Positions 7,365-19,300 of a stretch of 21,192 nt of DNA are shown here, piece after piece. Source of the DNA: Fonticula alba ATCC 38817. Taxonomy: Eukaryota > Protista > Nucleariida. The notes under the pieces are model-generated. The model had not been told where the DNA came from. It saw only the letters and a list, made by a program, of their open reading frames with translations, and ran no database searches. The number at the start of each line of letters is the position of its first letter. Within the stretch, counting starts at the first letter, position 1. Location of the stretch: NCBI GenBank assembly GCA_000388065.2, contig KB932203.1, one strand, 5' to 3'. A program made the translations under genes and the position numbers.

Positions 7365-10300
7365 TGTCATGCGCAGTCTCCCCTTCCTCTGTCGACCATC
7401 GGCTGTCGGCCGAAGCAAAAGTATGGCTGGAGCATGGAGGCCAACCCGGTGTTTGATTGTCTGCGCGGGCGCATCGGCGCGGTGCACATGTTCGCCGGGG
7501 CGCCGCCCGTGCCGGACTCGTCGCCCACCCAGCGGCGCTTCCGGCCGCACCTGCGCCGCCGAGCCCCCACCATGTCGGGTGGCTTCTCCTCCGACGGGCC
7601 TGATGTCACAGCCTGCGAGCTGGTCCCCGGGACCATTCCGCACATTCTCTTCGGTCTGGGGCCGGCCTACACCGGGGACCTGGTGCACCCCTTCCTGGCG
7701 GCCAACATGGACCTCGCCGGGATCGGCCTCTCGGACCTCGGTTCGGCCGGCCTGCTGCCGGTGGTCGGCTCGGCCGAAGGCCTGCCGGCTGCGGCGGCGC
7801 GCTTTCCCCAGCCCGGGCCCGAGGTGCCCAGCCAGCAGGAGCTTTCGCTAGCGTGCGTGCTGTCGTCCCTCGGTGCACCTTTCTGTCTGTCCGCTGGCCC
7901 TCCTCCCGGGGACGCTCTCTTTCTTCTCTTTTTTTTTTGGTGTCTGACCCGACTCCTCCTTGCCGGTCCTCCCGCCGGGATGGACTCCACGCTTTTCTCC
8001 GCACCCGCCACCGGGCAGCCGCTCCCTCGGGTCCGACTTGCGCATCGGCATGTCGCTGATGTTCGCATACCACCCGCGCGCGGCCGAGCCCCTGGTGCAG
8101 GCGGTCCCGGCCGGGGCCGACCTGGACACCTGCCTCGGGCAGATGGACTCCCCCGTGGGCCGGGTGTTTGCCTTCTGGCAGTGCCGGTCGGTGGCCCCCC
8201 CTGGCTGCGAGCGCATCTTCGCCATCGATGGGCTGGCCCTCTTCCCCGGCGGCGGGTCGGAGGTCAATCCGCAGGCCCTTTTGGCGGCGGCCGGAGCGGT
8301 GCTCCTATTGGCTCCGGGCTCGAAGCCGGTCCGCCGGCCGGGGCTGGTTGCTGCCTCGACCGGGGCCCTCAGCCCGCCGGTCTTCTGTTCCTCGGCCACC
8401 AGCCTGCCGAGTAGCCTCTGCGCGGCGGCCCTGCAGGCATGGACCGCCGGGCTGTATGGGCCCCTGAATCCCTGGTCGCTGGCCGGTGTCCTGTCGCAGG
8501 TGAGCGCGGTCGGGGCCCTGCGCGCGGCGACGGCCGGCCACTCGGCCGAGACGGTCCTCCGCCGGGTGGACCTGGCGGCCACCACCCTGCAAGTGATGCT
8601 GGCTCTGCTTGCCTCGCGCCCGGCCATGCTGCTGGAGGCCCTACAGGGGGGCTTCTTCCCGCTGCTGGCCCACATCATGGAGCACCGGCTGTCCGGGAAG
8701 GCGGCTCTGTCGGGGCCCGGGGATCCCGGCTCCGGGAGTGCCTCGTCACCGGGTGCCGGTGGCGGCTCCGATGGCAGCGGCCCCGGGGCCGGCCCCGGCG
8801 GGGCTGCCTCCTCTTCGGCCCTCAGCTTGGAGGTGGCCTCGGTCATCGGGGCCGAGCTGCCGGTGGGCTTCTCCGCCGGGTCGGCACACCCGGCCCTGCG
8901 GGCCTTCCTGCGCGTGGCGCAATACCGCTTCCTGCTGCTGAACTGGGGCATTTGGATTGGGGCCCCGGTGTCGGTTCAGCGGTGGGTCCTGTCGGACATC
9001 GCGGCGGCCGCCGGCGGGGGGCCCGACGCCGCGGCCTGGCTCCGGGGGACCCTCGGCGTGGCCAGCCTCTTTGACATCCTCTCGGACCATCTGTTCTTCT
9101 GGGACACCGGCCACTCGGTGATCGGCACTGCCACCGGGGCGGATGAGGGGGCCGGCGATGTGGGCCCCGAGGCCGGGGCATCGGCCGGCCCGTCCTCCCC
9201 GGGCACGGGGCAGTTGCTCACCTGCCACGATGTGCGCGAGCTCCGTGCCTACATCATCTTCCTGCTGAATCGCATGGTGACGGCCAAGCAGCCGCTGGAG
9301 CTGCGCGATCTCCACCGGGTGTTGATGTTCATCAGCAACAGCACCTCGTCCATGGTGAATGCCGTGGCCTCGACGGCCGAGTCGGTTTTGTCCGGCCAGG
9401 CGGCGGCCCAGCTGCGGGGGGTCCCCTCGCGGCTGACCCGGCGCCAGGCCGCCGTGGCCGACGCCCTGGTGGATGTGCTGCCGGTGCTGCTGAATTGGCT
9501 GGCCGACCAGCCGACCGCCATCGCGGTGGATGGCTTCGTGCAGAAGGACGGCCTGACGGCCCTCATGCCGGCCCTGTGGCTGGACAATGAGATCATCCAT
9601 GTGACCATCGTCAAGATCATCGGGGTGCTCCTGCGGCGGACGGCTCGGCGCCGGGATGCCAACAGCCGGCACCTGCTGGCCGAGCTCAATGACCGGGCCT
9701 TCCCGTACATGGCCGCGTACTTTGCCCAGCGGCCGATGTCGCACCTGGTATATCGGTCGCTGTTTGAGCTGGCCATCGGCCAGGCCCATTCGTCTCTGGG
9801 CCATGCGGATTCCCGGTCCTCGGTGCGTGTGGTCCAGCCCGCGGTGTTGGAGCTCCTGCTGGTGGCCCTGTCGAGTTCCTTCCAGGCACACCAGGACCCG
9901 GATCTGGCTGCCTTGGGGGTCGGGCCGGGCGGGCTGGCGGTCGATCCCGGCCCCGGGGCCGGGACCATGTCCCGGAGTGGCTCCTTCGCCCGGTCGCCCT
10001 CCATGCATGGGCAAATTTCGGTCACCGAGCAATTCCTCCACGACCTGCGGCTCTTGCTGGTGGGCAACCCGGCGGACATTGTGCCGGTGCTGCTGAATGT
10101 CGAATCGTGGTATGTGTACCTGGTGCGCTTCCAGCTGAGCCGGCCCTTCGTGACGGAGACCCTGGGCGACAGCCTGAAGCGGTCGCTGCGCGCGTCGCGG
10201 GATTTCCCCCTGCCCGACATCCCGGCCCTGAAGTTGGCCCTTCCACGATCGACCGGATCGGTCGGGCCGGTTCTCCTGCCGCTGCGTGTGCGCCATTCGC

Positions 10301-13300
10301 TCACGGTGGCGGTGCCGGAAGCCGGGGGGCACTTTTCCCTCTGGGCCCCGGACGACCTTTCCCCGGCCATCGATCATGCCGGGGACGATGCCCCGGAGGC
10401 CGAGCTGATGGCCGCCTCGGCTGAGGGGTCCGGCAGGGAGGGGGCCCCGGCCGGCCAGCCGGAGCCCCCGGCCGGAGGGCGCTTGCGTCTTCGAACCCCC
10501 GGGCAGCTTTGGCTCGTGGCCACCGGGCCGCGGTTGCACTTTGTCCTGGCCGACTGCCCGGCGGTGCGGACCTTCTGCGACCCGCGGTCCGGGTTCCCCA
10601 GTGACCCGGTGGATCTGGCTGGCCGACAGCTGGTCGGCACCCTGGGCAGTGCCCTGGCCAGCGGGGCCGGTCTCGGGTCGCCCTTCAATGCGGGCCCCTC
10701 GGTGTCGAGCAGCTACCACACGCACCACTCCCCGGGGTCGGCCTTGTCCACGGCCGGGTCGCTGGGGCCCGGGAATGTGGCCGGCCTCGGTGGCGGGACC
10801 AGTGCCGTCTCCAGTGCCGGGGCCTCGCCCGCCCTGGGCACCTACCACCCGACGCACAGTTCGGCATCCTTGGCGTCGGCGGCTTCGCGGACGCCGTATG
10901 CCGGGTCGACGGCCGCCGCCGCGGCGGCGGCCAGTGCCCTGTCCACGGCCCCCGGTGCGTGGGCCCGGCTCGAGCCGCTCTTCGCCTACCTCAGCGGGGC
11001 CGATGACATTGAGGAAGCCGCGGCGGCCGTGGCCCTGGAATACCTGCTGCCGGTGAGCGCCCCCCACCGGGACCCGCATAGCCGGGCGGTCGGGGAGCTG
11101 GATGCGCCGATGTCGCCGATGACCGGGGATTCCGGCTCTCCCGGCAGCCGGGATGCCAGCCTGGAGGACCTGGCCACGCCGCCGAGCCCGCTGAACCCGG
11201 ATCAGCCCCTGCCCGGGGAGGCCGATGGCGCCGGGGCGGAAGCCGATCCCCGGCTCCCGGCCGAGGCGGCCTCGGCCGGCTTCGGCCGGCCCTGCTGGCC
11301 GATGGTCGTGCGGAAGCGCCTTTTCGCCGAGTTGCTGACCTTCGCCCGGATGACGGTGACCGAGTGGCAGCGGCTCGAGGGGCCGCGGCCGACCGGCAGC
11401 ACGATCAGCGCGCGGGACTTGCTCCAAACGGCGGAGGCCATTTTGCGGGTGGCCCTGCTGGCGGCGGCCGATGTGACCGGGCTCAACCGGTCGGACGGCG
11501 TGTCCGACTGGGATTTGATTCCGCTGGCCACGGCCGAGGACATGCCCATGCTGAATGACCTGCAGTTTGTGCTGGAGTTCTTTTTGAATGTGGCAGCCGT
11601 GGCGGCTGGCGCCCTGGCCGGGACCTTCTTCCCCTCGACCTGGATGGTGCCGGTCGTGGGCCAGCTCCTGGATGCCGAGGTGGAGGAGCAGCTCCTGGAT
11701 GCCAGCGTGCTGGTGACCCTGGCCGTGATCAATGTCCGCGTGCAGGCCCAAATCGCCGACAGCCTGCGCATCCTCGGTGCCGGCCGCCGGCCGTTGGAGG
11801 ACCTGGTGGCCGAGCAGCCGGTGGTCGGGGACCTGCTGGCCGGGCTGGCCCTGACATCGGAGGATGTGGCGGCCTTGACCCGGGTGGCTTCGTCGGCTGC
11901 CCGGCCGGCGGCCTCCGGCTCCGGTGGCCATGGCCCGGTGCCGCCCGGGCAGCCGGCGGTCGCCATGACGCCGACCACCGCCACCGGGGACCTGTTGAGC
12001 CCCCTGTCCCTGATGGGGGCCGGGCTGGAGGGGGATGATGGGCCGGGGCCCGATGGCTCGGGCTCCGGGGTGGGGAACGCCATGCCGGGCGGGCCGCAGC
12101 ATCCGCGCGCGCAGGCCCTCGGCCAGGCCCCCCGCCGGGGGAGCAGCTTCTCGCAGGGCACCCCCCTGGGAGCCCCATCGACCACGGCGGTGGCCGCGGC
12201 GGCCGTCGCCGCGGCCGAGGTGTCCCAGTCCCTGTCGTCGGATTTGTTCCCGGTGCCGGCGGAACGCCGGGGGTCCAATCCCCCGGTCCCTGGCGGCAGT
12301 GGCCCAGGGAGCCCGCGGCCGCCCCACCGGCGCCCCATGCCGGCCGGGCTGTCCGTGGCGGACCCCACCTCGGTGGCCGGGCTGAGCTCCCTGAACCTGG
12401 CGGATCCCACCTACCGGCGGCTGTTGGCCGTGGTGTACTGCCTGACCCGGTTGGCCCTGGCGGCCCTCGGGTATGATGTGGTGGAAGTGCTGCAGGAAAT
12501 GCCGGCCAGCTTGAAGAACACCACGGGGCTGTCGGCCGCGGCGCTGGCCCGGCTGGCGCACTCGTCGATGCACACCCGGTCCACCGGGCCCGGGGGCCCG
12601 AACACACCGCCGGCCTTGCAGCCGGCCTTCTCGGCCCGGGCCCCGGTGTCGCCGCATGCCGAGCGCTTTGCCGCCGCGGTGCGGTCCTTCATCGTCGAGC
12701 GCTTCAGCGTGCTGGTGTACCTGAGCATGGCGCACCTGCACCAGACCCTGCACGCGCATGCCAGCCTGCGGCCGGACAGCTCGGTCCAGGCCTTCCTCGA
12801 ATACCTGATGGACTCGTCGTGGATCTACTTCGCGCGGTACTGCCTGGTGGGGGCCTTCCGCGAGACGCTCCTTTCCCTGGCCCAGGCGCACTTGTTGATC
12901 CCGCGGCCGAATGACCCGGCGCCGCTGCAGCTGTCGCTGCCGGAGTTCACGTATGCCTCGCCGACGCACGGGCACCTGCGCCGGGCCCGGGCCGCCGGGA
13001 CCACGGCCGCCACGGCCGCCGCGGCGATTGGCCCCGGCGTCGCGGCCCTCGGCGGGGCCCCGGCCCCCTCGCCGGTGCTGCTGACCCCCTCCATCATTGA
13101 GGCGGTGCGGCTGTACTCGCACGACCTGCGCGCCACCTCCTACTACTACCATGATGCGGACTACTTCCGGTGCCAGATTCGCAGCGAGTCGGCCGCCTCG
13201 GTGCGCGTGGCCGCGGCCCGGACCCTGAGGGACATCCTCCGCGAGCAGGACATCTCCGAGGGTCCCTGGCGCCGAGCCGGGGCGGCCTTCTCCGGGTCCC

Positions 13301-16300
13301 CGGCGCCGGCCCTCCTGTCCGGGCCACTGCTGGCGTCACTGCCTCCGCAGAGCCTGGTTCGCATGCAGTGGGCCGGGTCCGAGGGGGCCCCGGCGGATGG
13401 GTCTTCGGCCGGGGCCTTTGCCCGGGGCCGGCACCACTCGTCGTCCTCCCCCTCGGCTGTCGCCGCCGCCGCCGCCGCCGCCGCCGCCGTTGGCACGGCC
13501 GTCGCCTCCGCCACCGCCACCACCACCGGGGATGTCTTCCGCGTGGTGGATTGCCTCCGGTGCGGGGGTGTGGTGGACCCACGCCGGGACTCGGCCGTCG
13601 GCTACCTGCTGCCAGATCGCCATGTTTCCTACCGGTCGCTGGGGCTCGGGACCGGTGGCCCGGTGGCCCGGGCCGCCGGCGTGTCCTCCGGGCCAGGGCC
13701 GCTGTTCGATCTGACCGCGGCCTCCTTCAGCCCGGCCTTGTCGCTGGCCGGGCGGTTGTTCTGCGAATGTCGCGGCGTCATCAGCTCCCTGCGCCCGTTG
13801 CAGGACCCGTCGGTCTTCAGCCTGCTGCCTCGGCAGCCGACCTACTGGCGGTTGGCCCTGACCGAGGATGCCTTCCGCCGGCGGCGCCTGCTGACCCGGC
13901 ACTATGGCGGCAGTTCGCACGAGGGGGCCTCCATTGCCACGTCCTCGGCCAGCCTGTATGTGCGCACGCGTTTGGCGGCCATCGCGCCGGCCGGCGATGC
14001 CGAGCAGCCGGACCAGGGCCTGGGCCTTGGGGCCGGCGCCGCGGACACGGGGCCCGCCTCGAGCCCGGCCTCCCCGCGGCTGGAGGCCGTCCTCCGGAAG
14101 CTGGCCGCCGATGCGGAGGAAGTCGACACGGCCGGCGGGCCGCACTCGGCCGAGCTGGAGGAGCTTATTGACGACATTTCCGGCTCGCTGTCGGCCGAGG
14201 GGCTGGCCTCCAACCGGCAGGCGCGGCTGCCCCCCGGGTCGCACACCCTCAAGGCGGAGCTCGTCCGGCCGGGGTATGTCCTGGCCGGCGAGCTGACCAT
14301 TGTCCCGGGGGTTCCGCTGTCGGGACATGCGCCGGGGGCCGGGCCGCAGGGATCGACCCTGGCCCCGGGCACCCCGGGCACCGGGCCGGAGCATGCCGAG
14401 CATGCCGACGCCGAGGTCAGCTCCGGGCATATCATCAGCCCGGCCCTGTCGGCCGGGCGCCAGGGCGGCCCGGGCCGGCGCTGGACCACGGCCCTCTTCT
14501 ACTTCCGGGCCTTCTACTACCTGGAGGCGCCCGGGCGCCGGGGTGCCGGTCGTGGGGCCGGGAGCGGGTCGCGCGGGTCGGCCGCCGCCGAGGCGGCCGT
14601 CGCCCTGACCGACGTGCCGATGAAGCACCGGCTTCGGGTGTGGACGGCGGATGCCATTTCCAGCATCCAGCCCCGGCGGTATCTCCTGTGCCAAACGGCG
14701 CTGGAGGTGTTCCTGGCCAGCCGGCGGTCGGTGTTCTTCAACTTCCCGATCCACGAGTCGCTGGCCGACACGCGGAAAACCCGCGACCGGGCCCTGGGCC
14801 TGCTGAAGCAGATCTCCCCGGCCACCGAAAGCCTGGCCAGTGCCCTGTCAACCACCCTGACCCGGGCCTTTGATGCCTTCTCCTCGGTGGGGTCCTCCTT
14901 GACGCACGCCCCGGGCGGGGCCCCGGTGCTGGATGTGCTGGAGCGCAATGCCCTGGCCGAGGTGACGCAGCAATGGTCCGCCGGGCGTCTGAGCAACTTC
15001 GATTACCTGATGCACTTGAACATGCTGGCCGGCCGGACCTACAGCGATCTCAACCAGTGGCCGGTCTTCCCCTGGGTGCTGGCCAATTACGAAACGTCGG
15101 AGCTGGACCTGACCGACCCGGCCAACTACCGGGACTTGTCCCGGCCCATGGGCGCGTTGAATCCCTCCCGGCTGGCCTACTTCCGGGCGCGCTTCGAACA
15201 GTGGGACAGCGACGACCTGGAGCCCTTCCTCTATGGGTCGCACTATTCCAACATGGGGACCGTGCTTTTCTTCCTCCTCCGGGTGGAGCCCTTCACCTCG
15301 CACTTCCTGCACTTCCAGGGCGACCGGTTCGACCATCCCGGCCGGTCGTTCTTCTCCCTGGCCCAGGCCTGGAGCAACGCCCTCAATTCCACCTCCGACT
15401 TGAAGGAGCTCATCCCGGAGATGTTCTACCTGCCGGAGCTCTTCCGCAACACCGGGCGCTTCGACCTGGGAGTCCTGCTGCCGGAGGGGGTCGACGATTT
15501 GGATTGCTACTCGAAGGGGCATGCACGGCGTGAGGCGGCTCGGGCGGCGGCGGCCGCCGCGGCGGCCGCGACCACCGCGTGCGCGTGCGAGCCGGCGGAC
15601 ATGTGCTCTTGCGAGCCGGCTCCATGCCCGGCCCCGCCGGGCCCCCCGGCTCCGGCATACGTCCTGGACGATGTGGAGCTGCCCCCCTGGGCCCATGGCA
15701 GCCCGGAGCAGTTCATCCGCATCCACCGGGCCGCCCTCGAGTCGGACATCGTGTCGAGCCAGCTGCACCTGTGGATTGATCTGATCTTCGGCTTCAAGCA
15801 GCGTGGCGCGGAGGCCGTGAAGGCCAACAATGGTGCGTGCTTCATGCTCCCCTTCGCCGGCCGGAGGGGGGGGGGGGCTCCTCTCCATAGCCGGGCCGAT
15901 TATGAGGCTGCCCCTGGCTGTGCACATTCTGCGCTCGCGCGCGCGCGCGCCCCCTACTCGCTTGATTTGCCTTTCGCCACTTGCCTTCTCCCCTGGTCTC
16001 CTCCATTCCTCACGCACACTCTCCATCCCCCTCCTCCCCCTTAGTTTTCCACTCGCTCACCTACGAGGGGAACTACGACCCGGGGCGCTTGCGCGAGAAG
16101 GACCCCCTCCTGCTGAAGGCGACACAGGACCAGGTGGCCACCTTCGGCCAGACGCCGCGCCAGCTCTTCTTCGCGGCGCACCCGCAGCGAGCCTTCGTCC
16201 CCTCGCTCGGGTGCACTCTTCCTGCCGCCGGGGGCGACAGGTCGCGTTTCCGCCGGTCGACCATGGTGGCCCCGAGTGCGGTGCATACGCGGACCCTGCC

Positions 16301-19300
16301 GGGGGCCGATGCACCGGGGCCCGATGTGCCGGGCTCGCCGAGCGGCTGCCCGCCCTCGCCGCCGCCGCCGCCGCCGCAGTCACAGCCGGGCAGCCCGGTG
16401 GTGCCGGGCCCGCCGTCGACGCCTCTGCGGGCGGACCTTCCGGAGCCCAGCTCGCCCGATGGCGATAGTGCCATTGCCCCGCCGGCCGGGTCGCCGGGTC
16501 TCCTCCAGACCGGGGCTGCCAATGCCAATGCCGGTCCGACGCCGCTGGCCCCGGGGCCGGCCTCGCCGCCTGGCGCCCGGCGGTCACTGGTGGCCCCGAT
16601 TTGGACCGACGAGCAGTTGCACTTCTCCCTCGGGTCGATTGACGTGTCGCCCGGGGTGCCGATCATCTTTGTCAGTGATTTGGACTTCGTCGGGCATGAT
16701 GACGAGAACCCGGCGGCCTGGCTGGCTGGCCAGCAGCCGACCGGGGGGTCCAGCGCCTCGGGCGCCGGGTCGGACGCCGGCCCGGCCGCCGGGGCCGGGC
16801 CCGGGTCGGGATCGTCCCTCGGCGGTGGTGGCGGGAGTCTTGGCGCCTCGGGCTCCGGCGGCGGTGGCAGCGCCTCGGCCAGCGCCGGCGGCGCCCCGGA
16901 CAAGGTGACCGCCTGGGGCCGGCTGCTGACCGTCAGCGCCGACCAGTCATACGGCTTGCATCGGTGGTCCGTGCGCCAGGCCGGCTTCGCGGCGCAGCTC
17001 CCCCAAACCCCGGTCGGCGATCCGGCGGCCGGTGGCGCGCGCGCCTCCGCCCTGCAGCAGCAGCAGCAGCACTGGCAGCACCTGCAGGGCCAGCAGCAGC
17101 AGCAGCAGCAGCAGTCTCTCGCAAATGCCGGCGCCGAGGGTGGCATCTCGCTCGGCGTGGAGGACGAGCCGGCCGGCCGAAACAACTTGCCGGACGTGCC
17201 GGCCTCCGCCTCGATGTCAGTCATCCCGTTGCCCTTCTATCTGGATGTGGATCCGTTGCTGTTCTCCCTCGCACCGGGGGACTTTGCGGCGGCGGCCGCG
17301 GCCGCGCCTCCCGCAGCCACGACCACCACCTTCTCGGCGGGGGGCCCGGCCACGACCGACCTCCGGCCTCGGTCGGCGTCGCGCCTGGCCTCGCCCGCCA
17401 CCACGGCCCCGACCCCGAGCCAGCTGTCGCTGATGTCCACCAACCTGAATCTCCTGGCCCTGCACACCGGGGCCGGGGACCTGGTCGGGGAGGCGGCCCC
17501 GCGAACCGGGGCCGCGGCCCTCCGCTCACGACAGACCCCCCGCTCGGCACCGAACTTCCGCCGGTACCTGCACCCGCACTTGGATGCGGAGCTCTTTGCC
17601 ACGCGCGCCCAGTGTCACAGCCTGTCTGGCGCGTGGGCCGGCACTCCGGCCATCCGGGCAGCCACGACCGCCGGGGCTGGGCGCGCCCGGCCGGCGGGTG
17701 GCTTCTTCGGCTTCGAGGCCGAGGACCTCCGTCAGGCGGCCGTGGCGAGCAGCGCCCCCGGGCAGCAGCCGGGCCTGGCCGGGGGCGCCGAGACCGCGGG
17801 CCCGGCCGACTCGCCGGCGGTCGTGGCCCTCCGGCGGTCGGCCGGCCTGCCGACCCTCAGCGCGGCGGTCGGGTCCGCCTGGCTGGCCCGGTCACGGCCC
17901 CTGGCCACCGGGTGGCTCTTTGTCTTCGACCCATCTCGCAGTGTGGTGGCCAGTGCCGGGCACTGGGATGGCTCGGTTCGCGTGACCCAGCTGCCGGATG
18001 GGTTCAGCGTGACCAGCCAGCTGCTCGGGGAGCTGGCCTCCCAGGCCACCAGCACCCTCGGCCTGGGGACCATCCTGTCGCTGACCGGGCGGACATTGCA
18101 AATCCTGCGGCTGGATGACACGGTCACGTCGCTGAGTTGGACCCGCTGCGGCCGGTCGCTGCTGGTGGGCACCCGCAGCGGGCAGTTGTCGCTGTGGGGC
18201 GTGCTCGGCGGGGCGGGGACCATCGGCGATGAGCGCCGCGGGTCCGGTGCCGGCGGGGCCGCCAGCTCCGTGGTGGCCGGGGCCTCGCTGGTGGGGGCCG
18301 GCTTGTCGGCCGGCGTGCAGAGCCTCGTCGGGGCCGGGTCCAGTGCCGGGTCCAGCAAGGCCGGGCACCTGTCCGCCTCGGCCGCCCGGGAGAATGACAT
18401 CTCCGTCGGACCGGTGGGCTTGTCGGGCCCGGGCCCGCGGGCCCCTGTGGCCAATTCCCTGGATTTGGCGCAGTTCCAGCCGGCCGAGCTGGGCTCCGTG
18501 GTCAGTGCCTTCGCCCAGGCCAGCCGGGTGTGGGGCACGGCCGAGGCGCGCAATCTCGGTGTCCTGGCCGGGCTGCCGGGCATCTCCTTCAGCTCGGCCT
18601 CCGGCCGGCAGATGATGTGCAGCCTCGACGGGGCGGCCATCTCCCCGGCCGAGCTGGCAGCCCTGCAGCAACTGAGCTCCGCCGCCGGGCAGGCGCTCCT
18701 CCGGCACAGCCTGCAGCGCGGGCGCCTGGACGACCGGGCCGTCCGGGCCCGCCTCGAGGGTCACGATTCGGCCGTCCGGGCGTCCTGCTACCTGGACCAC
18801 CCGTCGGAGGTATGCTTTTTTGTCGCTTCTTTTCCCCCACCTCCCCCCCCCCCCTCCTCCGCCCCCCGCACATGTGCGGTCCTCGGTTGCCTGTTTAGAA
18901 GCTGACATAACAAAAAACCCGTAATCCAAACACCACATAAGCAAAGACCAAAAACTCGCCGGCCGCCCTCTTTCTCCCCGGGTGAGGGGATGTGCGCGCC
19001 ATGACTGCGCCTGTTCTGACCGACCTGCTCAATCCCCCCCCCCCCCCCCCCCCCCCCCCTCCCCCTGCCTTGGTACAGCCCGGCATCGTTGTCTCCGCCT
19101 CCGCCTCCGGGGTCCTGCTGCACCTGGCCACGTCCGGGCGCTTTGTGCGGGCCATCTACGAGGCGGCGCTGCTGGCCCGGGGGCTTGCCCCCTCGGCCGT
19201 GGCCCCGGTGCGCGATGGGTGCTTCGTTGTCTTGTACACCCCCCTGTGGCTGCATCCGATGCCGGTCAATGGCGATGCCGTGGATCACGGGCTCTTCAAC

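Noticed and set aside
8746-13152. 1,468-aa minus-strand ORF (also 13336-14754, 14848-16026 and similar)
   Set aside because: The 1,468-aa ORF lies in the same codon register as the sense BEACH frame. It stays open because TTA/CTA/TCA codons are rare in high-GC3 sequence. The translations are Arg/Gly/Pro/Gln-rich with no recognisable motif.
16044-16044. TAG ending the 2,694-aa ORF read as a premature stop (pseudogene or readthrough)
   Set aside because: It is the acceptor AG of intron 9 (15833-16044). Splicing restores the conserved BEACH sequence in frame.
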